From positions 32,001-96,000 of the forward strand of contig JBFWRP010000002.1 of assembly GCA_050248855.1 (NCBI GenBank): 64,000 bases of DNA, given 5' to 3'. The position numbers and the translations under genes were made by a program. The DNA comes from Planctomycetota bacterium (GTDB lineage: Bacteria; Planctomycetota; PLA2; JAEUHO01). Shown here piece after piece: positions 28,211 to 36,172 of this stretch (the first letter of the stretch is position 1; every line of letters starts with the position of its first letter). The notes under the pieces are model-generated. The model ran no database searches, was not told the DNA's origin, and worked only from the letters and a program-made list of their open reading frames with translations.

Positions 28211-28983
28211 GTCACATGAAGCAAGCCACGATGTTCCCGGAACTATCGCCGTACGGCAACTACGAGGTCGATTGCGTACCCCCTCACCTTGACGTTCTTC
28301 CGTGCGACGGGTCGATCCGACACGCGAACCGCCTCGGACTACCCTACGTGAAGGTCGTCGAGGTCTACAACGCCTACGGTAGGACTTTCCTGCCCAGGGT
28401 GGTGGGCTACGCCCTGCGGAAGGAGGACCTCGCCGCCGTAAAGCGAGCCGCCAACAAGCCAAAGAATCGCCGTGACCCCAGGCCTCACCCTGACGTGCTT
28501 CTCTGCGCCCAGGAGGCCAGCCGTGCAGCGCATCGGCATCGAGACGATGCGTCCGACGCCTATGAGCGCGGTCTTCACCTCACGGCCTCAAGCCACAAAC
28601 GGAAGAAGGAGCACTTCTACGCGCTGAAGGACCGAGGCATCGTCCACGCGCACGCAAAGGGCCTCCTACGCTACGTCGGTGCAACTGCACAGGGACTCGC
28701 GCTCTACGAAGGCGAGGGCCATTGCTTCCACTCGACGCTCCACCCCAAGGATGCCGTTCGCTCCGTGGTCGAAGACCACCCCGAGACGATCTTCGTTGCC
28801 GCGAAGGCGAAGGCCAAAGGCCTATCGATTAGGCGTGTCGAGGTGACACTGGAGGCCTTGCCGCACCCGGACCTCGACTCCTACGTCCGCTCGGATCGCC
28901 CGGCTCGTCCTCGCGAGGAGGTCGAGATCGAGTGCTGGGAGTGCGGGGAGCCTGGCCACATCGCAGCAGATTGCCCGGGGTGA
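28207..28983 (+). CDS. Hypothetical (YkyB-like) protein with C-terminal CCHC zinc knuckle
   Basis: CWECGEPGHIAADC = CX2CX4HX4C; FYALKD...LYE..GHCFH recalls YkyB. Confidence 0.65.
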   Translation: MSHMKQATMFPELSPYGNYEVDCVPPHLDVLPCDGSIRHANRLGLPYVKVVEVYNAYGRTFLPRVVGYALRKEDLAAVKRAANKPKNRRDPRPHPDVLLCAQEASRAAHRHRDDASDAYERGLHLTASSHKRKKEHFYALKDRGIVHAHAKGLLRYVGATAQGLALYEGEGHCFHSTLHPKDAVRSVVEDHPETIFVAAKAKAKGLSIRRVEVTLEALPHPDLDSYVRSDRPARPREEVEIECWECGEPGHIAADCPG

Positions 28984-29094
28984 CAAGTGAGAAGCAGATG
29001 TACTCTTGCCTCCGCGTCCATCGCATCTGCAATCAGTTGAGCGCCGCGGATAACCCTAGCACCCCATACGAGCATCAGATTCAGGAGCCAGTCC

Positions 29095-29673
29095 ATGTCA
29101 GCACCGCAAAGCACACCTACGCCGCCTGTCCAACAAGCAGCGAGCGTCAACATCGTCCAACTCGTCACGTCGCTGTTGCCGTCACCGTACGCCGAAATCA
29201 AGGCCGAGGACATGAACGACTACACGCTCGACGTGAAGAACGTTTCGCTGACTTCGGGTCCAAGTCGGTACAGGATCCCCTACATGTACGGCACCGTCCA
29301 TGTGGATTGCTTCGGCTGGCAACCGTCATGGGGCGCCTGGAGGGATTGGACCGACGGCGTCACCGAGTTCGAGAGCCTCGTCCGAGACGGGATCGCATGC
29401 GAAGATCCGGATCCGTTGTTGGAACTTGAAGTCGGGGAGTGGGCCTTCGCCTACTTTGCGGAAGGCCTCCCGTACGGCGAAGGCCCTCCCTGCATCAACC
29501 CTGAGCAAGGCGCGTTCTGCGATCCAGACCGGGCCGAGGAGATCGAAGAAGCCGAGAGAGCCTACAAGGCGACGAACAGCAAGAAGAGGAGGCGTCAGAT
29601 CCTCGACGAGTTGTCGGTTTCCGTGAGTTTGCCCATGACCGACCTGAACCTGCCACACAAAGGAGCATTCTAA
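29095..29673 (+). CDS. Hypothetical protein
   Basis: AGGAG RBS; coupled to the next ORF (TAATG). Confidence 0.65.
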   Translation: MSAPQSTPTPPVQQAASVNIVQLVTSLLPSPYAEIKAEDMNDYTLDVKNVSLTSGPSRYRIPYMYGTVHVDCFGWQPSWGAWRDWTDGVTEFESLVRDGIACEDPDPLLELEVGEWAFAYFAEGLPYGEGPPCINPEQGAFCDPDRAEEIEEAERAYKATNSKKRRRQILDELSVSVSLPMTDLNLPHKGAF

Positions 29674-29882
29674 TGGAACAGTCCAAAGACGACGATCTAG
29701 CCCGGGCGGAGGCACGCCGCCAGCGCATGCTGGTAGACCCGGACGGCCACGGCTTCACCGAGGAGGAGTGGCAAGAGGTCCAGGAGGGTCTTCTGCATCT
29801 CCTCCAGGAGATGATGGGTGCCACCCCAGAGATCGAGATTGTGGGGGACAGAGTCGCATACACATTTAGGAGGAAGAGTTAG
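29673..29882 (+). CDS. Small acidic hypothetical protein
   Basis: AAGGAG RBS; TAATG overlap. Confidence 0.6.
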   Translation: MEQSKDDDLARAEARRQRMLVDPDGHGFTEEEWQEVQEGLLHLLQEMMGATPEIEIVGDRVAYTFRRKS

Positions 29883-29884
29883 CC

Positions 29885-30223
29885 ATGCCCAAGAAGAAGA
29901 AGTTTAAGCCCAAGCAGCAAAGCCAGGAGGTCATCTACGACGGATACACTATCTCTGTCGTCGCAGATCGCACCAGACCAGGAAAGATGCGCCGAGTCGC
30001 CGGGTACAGCGTGAGCAGCGAGAGCGGGTGGACGTTTCCGCATGACGACCTTTTCTTCCCCTCGGTAGAGGCGGCCAAAGAGTACATCGACGCAGAGGGC
30101 GGGCCTCGCTGGTGTCCGGACTGCGAGGAGCGCTGCCCCGACGAGAACAACTACAAGGAGTTCCTCAGCGAGGAAGACAAGACGGCTGGCTCGTGGGAGA
30201 GGACCACGACCCATGCGACCTGA
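29885..30223 (+). CDS. Hypothetical protein with CxxC
   Basis: AGGAGG RBS; WCPDCEERC. Confidence 0.6.
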   Translation: MPKKKKFKPKQQSQEVIYDGYTISVVADRTRPGKMRRVAGYSVSSESGWTFPHDDLFFPSVEAAKEYIDAEGGPRWCPDCEERCPDENNYKEFLSEEDKTAGSWERTTTHAT

Positions 30224-30764
30224 TCTCCACGGCCTCCTGGTCCTCGCCTGGGTCCTTCGAGGGATTGCTCGAAGTGCCCTCAGGAGTACCAACACCGATA
30301 CCGATCTCGATTTGCTCCTGTCCGCGCCCGAATGCGTCGGAGCCGTTTGCCGTCAGCACATTCAGACGGTCTTGGACCATTCCGATGGTTTCTTAGAGAT
30401 CCTCGCCCACAAGGGACTCTCAGCGTCCCCAATCTCGACGGGTTCGCGCTCGTAGTCAACGAGTTCTCGCGGCGCCCCTTTGGTGGCGGCGTTGATGTCG
30501 CGTCCAACCGCAACGAGATGTGGGCGTGGTGCAGCCTGGAGGAGCCCGACGCAGGGATGATGCAAGGCTGGGAGTTCCCTTCACCTGATGAGACCCGGGA
30601 GTACGCAGGCTGGTGGCATACTGGCTCTGTCGAGGAGATCCTAGTGGCAGACAAGGCAGCGCAGGCGAAGGGCGCGCACCCCCGGCAATACTGTGTTCGA
30701 CGCCGCGGAATTCCTGCGAAGGACATGACCCCCTCGCAAATGACCACCCTGTATCTGATGATGC

Positions 30765-31901
30765 GTGACAGGGGTCATCCGAGTTCCGGGCAGCAAGAAG
30801 CAGCACCTCTCGGTGCTGCGCCCGTTCCTCGATCCGCTGATCAACCAAACGTCTACCTTCGTCGATCTCTTCGTTGGTGGCGGCTCGGTGCTCCTGGATG
30901 TCGCTGAGCGCTACCCGGACATCCCGCTGGTTGCCAACGACGCAGACGAGGGCATCGCGGCCCTGTGGAAGGTCGTGGGGGGGGCGGAGCCGGGCGTGAC
31001 TGCCCTGGAGTCCATGCTCGATGTCAGGCCGACACGGGCGCTCTGGGAGCGCCTGAGGGCGAAGGTTCCCGAAGACCCGGTCGAGGCGGCATTTGCGGTC
31101 ATCTTTCTCTCTCGCACCTCGTTCGGCGGCAGCCTCGTGGCGCGTGCGATGAAGGATATCGGCAGCCGGTACAACCCGCAGGGGATCCGGCGGCAGATCC
31201 GGCGAGCGCGAGACCTCCTCTACGGCCGGTTGGTCGTCTCTTCGATGGACGCCGTCGCCTGGCTCGACGAACACCGAGCAGATCAGGGCGCCGTCTTGTT
31301 CGTAGATCCTCCGTACGTCGCCGAGGGCAACGACCTGTACCGCGTCGGCATGTCCCCTCGCGAGCATGCAGCGCTGCGGGATCGCCTGCGAGACCGTGAC
31401 AACTGGGTGCTGACCTACCGTGATCACCCGACCGTGCGCCACCTCTACCGGGACTGGTGTGACATCCATGACTCGCCAAAGGGGCGGGGCGAGGTCGTTG
31501 TCCTGCCCGCCGGTGCGCCAGGTCAGGTGCCTGCCGAGGGATTCTCAGATTCGCATGACCTCGCCGAAGACCACTCTGTATCTGAGGTGGTGATGGCGCA
31601 GAACACACACCGGCCCATAGGCGTAGGTCCGAGCGGATCGGAAGACTACAATCGTCAGGTTCATCATGGCTCCAAGGAGTCGACCAGGAGCAAGGACTTG
31701 TCGATCCGCAGGGCTTGGTCAATCGACGAACTGCCGAATCTCTACCCGTACTCGGAGAGCACGTTCAGGAACTTCATCGATGACAAGATCCTGCGTTGTC
31801 ACCACCCGGGCGGCAACCGCAAGGCGTGCGTCTTTACTGCGGATCTGGAGGAGTTCGAGGCTCGCGTGCGGGGTACAACGGAGAACAACAATGGCTCGTA
31901 A
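30765..31901 (+). CDS. Dam-family methyltransferase in frame with a C-terminal excisionase-like HTH
   Basis: PGSK, FVDLFVGGGSV, ANDAD, FVDPPY, then no stop before WSIDELPNLYPYSESTFRNFIDDKIL..VFTADLEEF; internal GAGGTG plus ATG at 31593. Confidence 0.8.
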   Translation: MTGVIRVPGSKKQHLSVLRPFLDPLINQTSTFVDLFVGGGSVLLDVAERYPDIPLVANDADEGIAALWKVVGGAEPGVTALESMLDVRPTRALWERLRAKVPEDPVEAAFAVIFLSRTSFGGSLVARAMKDIGSRYNPQGIRRQIRRARDLLYGRLVVSSMDAVAWLDEHRADQGAVLFVDPPYVAEGNDLYRVGMSPREHAALRDRLRDRDNWVLTYRDHPTVRHLYRDWCDIHDSPKGRGEVVVLPAGAPGQVPAEGFSDSHDLAEDHSVSEVVMAQNTHRPIGVGPSGSEDYNRQVHHGSKESTRSKDLSIRRAWSIDELPNLYPYSESTFRNFIDDKILRCHHPGGNRKACVFTADLEEFEARVRGTTENNNGS

Positions 31902-33039
31902 GCGCCACTTCGGAACTATCTGGAAGGAGGGCAACTCCTACCGGATCGCGTGGAAGATGGATCGCGGTGACGGTACCGCCAAGCGCTACCGCCGTACGAT
32001 TGGCTCGAAGCGGGGCACGGCGGCACGCCGTCTGAGTCAGATCGAGGCGGCGCTGGCGAAGGACAAGAGTCCCGCCCAGGTGTTGCACGAGGTCTTCGGC
32101 GACCCGCTCCCGGCGGGCGACACGTTCAGGGATTGGGCCGATCGATACAAGGCTCGACCCCTGGACGAAGGTCACCAACGCGATCCGGAGCAGGTGCAGA
32201 AGGAGAACTGGCGTATCGACCATGTCTGCAAGGCACCGTGGGCCAAGTTGCCGATCGAGGGGATCCAGCGCAAGCAGATCAAGGCATGGCATGAGCGACG
32301 GGCCCGTGAAGCGAGCGGACCAACCGCGAACCGTGGACTCGGTGTGGCATCCGTGGTCTTCAAGTACGCCATCGAGTTCGAAGCCATCCACGACAACCCG
32401 TGCGAGGGAGTGAGGCGCTACTCCGAGATTGGCCGTGAACGAGATTGCTATCTGACGGCCGACGAGGCCAGGTCACTGGTCTCCTCGTGCAGTGACTGGT
32501 TCCGCCCGTTTGTTGTGCTGGCGCTCCACACGGGCATGCGCCGCGGCGAACTGCTGGAACTCCAATGGGATCAGGTGGACTTCCTTCGCGAACGAATCCA
32601 GGCTCGCCGTAGGCAGACCCGAACAAAGAAGAAGCGGCTGGTTGGCATGAACTCCTACGCGAGGGATGCTCTTCTGGAGGTGCGGGAGCGGGCCGGGGCG
32701 GAGAGCGCGAAGCGCGAGGACCGGGTGTTCCCCTGGTCGTCGTGGCGGGCCCGCGTGGAGTGGGACGCGACCCTCTCCAGGTGCCGCGGGATTCCGGAGG
32801 ACAAGAAGGACGAGGTCGTCTTCCACACCTTGCGGCACACGTTCGCCTCCCTGATGGTCCAGGACGGGACGAGCCTGGAGGAACTCATGAAGATCCTCGG
32901 CCACTTGCACTTCGTCACGGTCCAGCGCTACGCCAAGTTCAAGCCCGACGTGGGCGTGGCGCCAGTCCGGCGGCTTGAGCGGGTGCTGGGGGATGGGGAG
33001 GCTGGCGGGGAGGGGGCTGGGGCGATTGTGTCTGGCTAG
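31891..33039 (+). CDS. int: Tyrosine recombinase/integrase
   Basis: N-terminal arm-binding RHFGTIW; TGMRRGEL, FHTLRHT, ILGH, QRY catalytic set; GGAG RBS. Confidence 0.95.
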   Translation: MARKRHFGTIWKEGNSYRIAWKMDRGDGTAKRYRRTIGSKRGTAARRLSQIEAALAKDKSPAQVLHEVFGDPLPAGDTFRDWADRYKARPLDEGHQRDPEQVQKENWRIDHVCKAPWAKLPIEGIQRKQIKAWHERRAREASGPTANRGLGVASVVFKYAIEFEAIHDNPCEGVRRYSEIGRERDCYLTADEARSLVSSCSDWFRPFVVLALHTGMRRGELLELQWDQVDFLRERIQARRRQTRTKKKRLVGMNSYARDALLEVRERAGAESAKREDRVFPWSSWRARVEWDATLSRCRGIPEDKKDEVVFHTLRHTFASLMVQDGTSLEELMKILGHLHFVTVQRYAKFKPDVGVAPVRRLERVLGDGEAGGEGAGAIVSG

Positions 33040-33108
33040 GGCAGAGGCGCCTCTGCTACTATCAAGGCGGGCTGCGGCGTTCTTGCCGCCCGCCGCGTGG
33101 AGACAGCG

Positions 33109-33414
33109 ATGGACCATTTCGACAGCAGCGCTCTCGACTCTGACGAATTGGACGCGCTCGGACAGGCTGCCAGCCAAGCGCTTGAGGGGGTGCAGTGCGG
33201 CGTACCCTTTGTCGTTCCTGCTGATGCCGCTGACGGCTACGAGAACCATGTTGAGAAGGCTCGGCGCGTGGCAAGGGCACGGCATGGGGGCAACCTCGGC
33301 CGATCCCCAGTTTGGGTCGGCGATGAGGCGCTTTCCACCTTGAGTGAACTTCTTAGGGCTGCGCCATCTCTGCCGGATCTGTACGAGGCACAGAGGTCGC
33401 TACGTGAGCCTTGA
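33109..33414 (+). CDS. Hypothetical 101-aa protein
   Basis: GGAG RBS; overlaps the next gene. Confidence 0.5.
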   Translation: MDHFDSSALDSDELDALGQAASQALEGVQCGVPFVVPADAADGYENHVEKARRVARARHGGNLGRSPVWVGDEALSTLSELLRAAPSLPDLYEAQRSLREP

Positions 33415-33901
33415 TCAGTTTGCTTCTTGGGGCTTCGGCCTGTGGTTCGCCTTGAGTGCCGCGAACCAGGTGAAGCCGCTCGCGAGACGCATTCCGATGA
33501 GGCACGCTGTTGCCAACGTACTGCCCAACTGGAAGTTCTTCGCTCCCGAGCCAGGCAGATCTGACAGCAGGCTGGCGTTCCGAGAGTTTGTCGCGGGGGA
33601 GTGGGGAGGTTGGCAGGAGGTCCATCCCGTTGAGCGGTCTAGGTGGCGTCACGTTTGGAATCCCGGCAAGTTTGATTCCAAGGCCATCTCTGACCTTTCG
33701 TCGTGCCTATTGGAAGACGCTGGGACCGTGCCGCCGCAAGCACTTGTCCTGTGCTGGCACTACTTGGCGCTCCTAGAGTTTGTTCAACGGAGTGCCTCGG
33801 GAAGCGCCTCGCAGATCATGTTTGCCTTGCTCGACACGGCTGGATTCAAGGGCGAGCGCAGCCTGCGCCTCAGATTCATCTCCGCAGTGCATCGGGTCTA
33901 G
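33404..33901 (+). CDS. SdpA-like protein
   Basis: N-terminal TM helix then LPNWKFFAPEP. Confidence 0.6.
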   Translation: MSLDQFASWGFGLWFALSAANQVKPLARRIPMRHAVANVLPNWKFFAPEPGRSDSRLAFREFVAGEWGGWQEVHPVERSRWRHVWNPGKFDSKAISDLSSCLLEDAGTVPPQALVLCWHYLALLEFVQRSASGSASQIMFALLDTAGFKGERSLRLRFISAVHRV

Positions 33902-33906
33902 GCAGC

Positions 33907-34689
33907 ATGACTCCCCAGGGTGCGATCCAGATCGCCTTGATCCTATGCAGCGTCTGGCATGCTCATCACGCGCTGGAACTCCTGATTGCCCGGCGACTGG
34001 GGCACTTGGCTATGCTGGAGATCGTCAACTTGCGGAGTCCCGCGGAGAACCGGATCGTCGGAGTCACGCGGACACAGGCTGTCTTCTGTGCGCTGACTTG
34101 GGCGCGATTGGCTGCCGCAGCCAATTGCCTCGTGGCGGTGGCTGTCGGATGGGATGAGTGGCCTGCCGTGCCGTTGTTGGCAGCCTCGGCGCTGTACTTC
34201 GCGTGGGTTCGTCAGGTGGGCGGTGATGGCGCTGAGGAAATGGCGCTCCTTGTCACCTTGGCCATTCTGGCGTGTACAGGTCCTCTTTCTTCTCCGTCAA
34301 CGGCCCTGGCCGCCAACTACTTCATTGCGGGCCAGTGCCTCCTCGCGTACTTCGTCGCGGGGGTGGCGAAACTCGGTTCAATGACCTGGCTCTCCGGGGA
34401 GGCACTTGGACTGGTAACCCAGACGGAGACCTACGGGCACCCTGCGGTCAATCGACTGATAAGAGCGAGGCCTCTCGTAGGTCGCATTGCTACCTGGTCC
34501 GCGCTCCTATTTGAAGTGACTACACCGCCAGCGGTCTTGTTCTCGCCAAGTGCAGCGTACGTGCTTGTGGCTGTCGGGGCAGTGTTTCACGTGACCTGTG
34601 CCTACGTAATGGGCCTAAACGGGTTCCTGCTCGCCTTTGCTTCCGCCTATCCGTCCGTGCTGGCAGCGTCATCCAACTGGCATTCCTGA
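33907..34689 (+). CDS. HTTM/SdpB-like membrane protein
   Basis: Multi-TM; GGDGAEEM, YFVAGVAKL...WLSGEAL, FE, FH.....MGLNGF. Confidence 0.75.
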   Translation: MTPQGAIQIALILCSVWHAHHALELLIARRLGHLAMLEIVNLRSPAENRIVGVTRTQAVFCALTWARLAAAANCLVAVAVGWDEWPAVPLLAASALYFAWVRQVGGDGAEEMALLVTLAILACTGPLSSPSTALAANYFIAGQCLLAYFVAGVAKLGSMTWLSGEALGLVTQTETYGHPAVNRLIRARPLVGRIATWSALLFEVTTPPAVLFSPSAAYVLVAVGAVFHVTCAYVMGLNGFLLAFASAYPSVLAASSNWHS

Positions 34690-34840
34690 TGGGGGTCGAG
34701 GGGGTCGGTTTTTTTCAGTTCGATGGTTGGTGGGGGCTCAGCGTGCGGAGAGTCACCGCTCATCCCTACATCAGCCCCCGGCCAGATGAACACTTGGGTT
34801 CGTTCACTGCACGGGCAGGCGATCTGCGCACGTCTGGCAA

Positions 34841-34860
34841 TGGCCCCGCATTTGGCCCCG
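34841..34860. repeat. Direct repeat TGGCCCCG x2, candidate integrase arm-type sites
   Basis: TGGCCCCG-CATT-TGGCCCCG about 65 bp inside the att core. Confidence 0.5.
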
Positions 34861-34923
34861 GTGATCAGCACGGATCGACGTAAGTCACGTCATTCCTCAT
34901 GGTTGCGTCTTCCGGTCTTGAGC

Positions 34924-34989
34924 CTTCAAAACCGCTGTGCCCCTGGGCAACCTTGGGCAGGAGGGTTCGATTCCCTTGCTCTCCCGCCA
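34924..34989 (+). tRNA. selC: 3' half of tRNA-Sec (displaced selC fragment, att site)
   Basis: CTTCAAA loop (TCA anticodon at 34926-34928), long variable arm, GAGGG-TTCGATT-CCCTT T arm, 8-nt acceptor strand GCTCTCCC, G discriminator, CCA; no matching 5' half upstream. Confidence 0.85.
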
Positions 34990-35062
34990 TCCACGTTCAG
35001 GGCCTTCCTGCGCTTCGCGTGCATGACGTCAGCGGGCGACGCGGCGCCTCGGGCTGCTGGCA

Positions 35063-36172
35063 TCAGGTAGAGGGTGTTGGGGAGCAGCCGCAGGCGTCGG
35101 GGCGGCAGACGCGACAGACGCTGCGGGTGCAGGTGGGGCAGCGCGCGGAGCAGGTGGCGCAGGTCACGTGCCCGTGGGTGTCGCAAATGGAGACGGCCAG
35201 CGTGCCCGTGCCGCAGGCGGCGCAGGCCGGCCCGAGGAAGTCGCCGAGCACCGGGTCCCATTGGACGTCGAGGTCGAGCTCGCGCTGGCGGCGGCGTACG
35301 CGGAAGCGGCAGCGCACGATCTCGTAGTCGATGACGATTGCACTCGCGAGCCAGAACGTGGCCGCCACCGCGTGGCGTTCGGCGAGGTCGTCCAGGCGCT
35401 CGGCGCGCTGGCGGAGCACCGCCTCGCGCTTGGCGCGGATCGCCTCGCCGTACCCCATCCCGCGGCGCCGGCGGCCGGCCTCCTTCACGAGGCGGTCGTA
35501 GTAGGCGAGGATCCGCTCGCGCTCGGCTTCGAGGCGCGAGCGGCAGGTCGTACGGAACGCGTCAAGCCGCGCGGTCACCTCGGCGTGGACCACGCCCTCG
35601 GCGCGCCGCGCCGAGGCCGCGATCGCGTCCTCGCCGAGTGCGAGGGCGACGGGGGTCGCGCTGCCCAGCACGTCCGTGAGCGCATCGGCCAGGGCTGTCG
35701 AGGGTGCGGCACCCAACCCCGGATCGGCGACGCGCACACGGCCGTCGGTGCGCTCCTCCGAGCGCGCCTCGTAGGCGAACTCGAGCAGGATGCGCGGCAC
35801 GGTGGCGGTCGTGACCGTGGCGTCCGCCTCGGTGGCGTTGAGCAGGTGCAGGCGCTGGCGCGCCTTCTCCAGGCGGCCCGTGGCATGGCGCGCGGGCGCG
35901 GGGAGCCGCGCCGCAGCGCGGCGGCCGCGGCCGCGTACGCGCTCGATGAGCCACTGCATGCCCGCGCCCTCGAACGGGAACGGCGTGTGGTCGGGCGACG
36001 GCGCGGAAGACAGGTCCAGTGTTGCGGCCGGGGGCAGGTCCAGGTCCGCGCGCATCGCGCCCGGCAGCACGGCGAACACCGCCTGGTCGCCGACACGCTC
36101 CACGGCGGCGCCCTCGCGCTCGAGCGCTTCGAGGACGAAGGGAACGATCGCGTCGGTCGTCGCGGCGCTCAT
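35063..36172 (-). CDS. YqhG-like protein with Cys-rich C-terminus
   Basis: ATGA overlap with the SNF2 helicase; coiled coil (ERERILAYY) and repeated CxxC. Confidence 0.7.
   Translation of the reverse strand: MSAATTDAIVPFVLEALEREGAAVERVGDQAVFAVLPGAMRADLDLPPAATLDLSSAPSPDHTPFPFEGAGMQWLIERVRGRGRRAAARLPAPARHATGRLEKARQRLHLLNATEADATVTTATVPRILLEFAYEARSEERTDGRVRVADPGLGAAPSTALADALTDVLGSATPVALALGEDAIAASARRAEGVVHAEVTARLDAFRTTCRSRLEAERERILAYYDRLVKEAGRRRRGMGYGEAIRAKREAVLRQRAERLDDLAERHAVAATFWLASAIVIDYEIVRCRFRVRRRQRELDLDVQWDPVLGDFLGPACAACGTGTLAVSICDTHGHVTCATCSARCPTCTRSVCRVCRPDACGCSPTPST

Larger units (their letters stand above)
1..34989. mobile_element. Genomic island integrated at tRNA-Sec; left end lies upstream of the window
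   Basis: Tyrosine integrase and excisionase-like HTH near the right end, 3' half of tRNA-Sec at 34924-34989, visible rise in GC and switch to host-type genes after ~35000, defence and phage/plasmid-type cargo. Confidence 0.8.

Noticed and set aside
28972..29040. A second 'CPG-TGA' ending, possible Sec readthrough
   Set aside because: The CCHC knuckle is already complete, another in-frame TGA follows 19 codons later, and I see no SECIS-like hairpin.
34691..34716. Terminator after the HTTM gene
   Set aside because: The T run follows a direct repeat (GGGGGTCG x2), not a hairpin.
34895..34989. Intact tRNA-Sec gene
   Set aside because: Upstream bases cannot pair with the acceptor or anticodon stems; only the 3' half is present.
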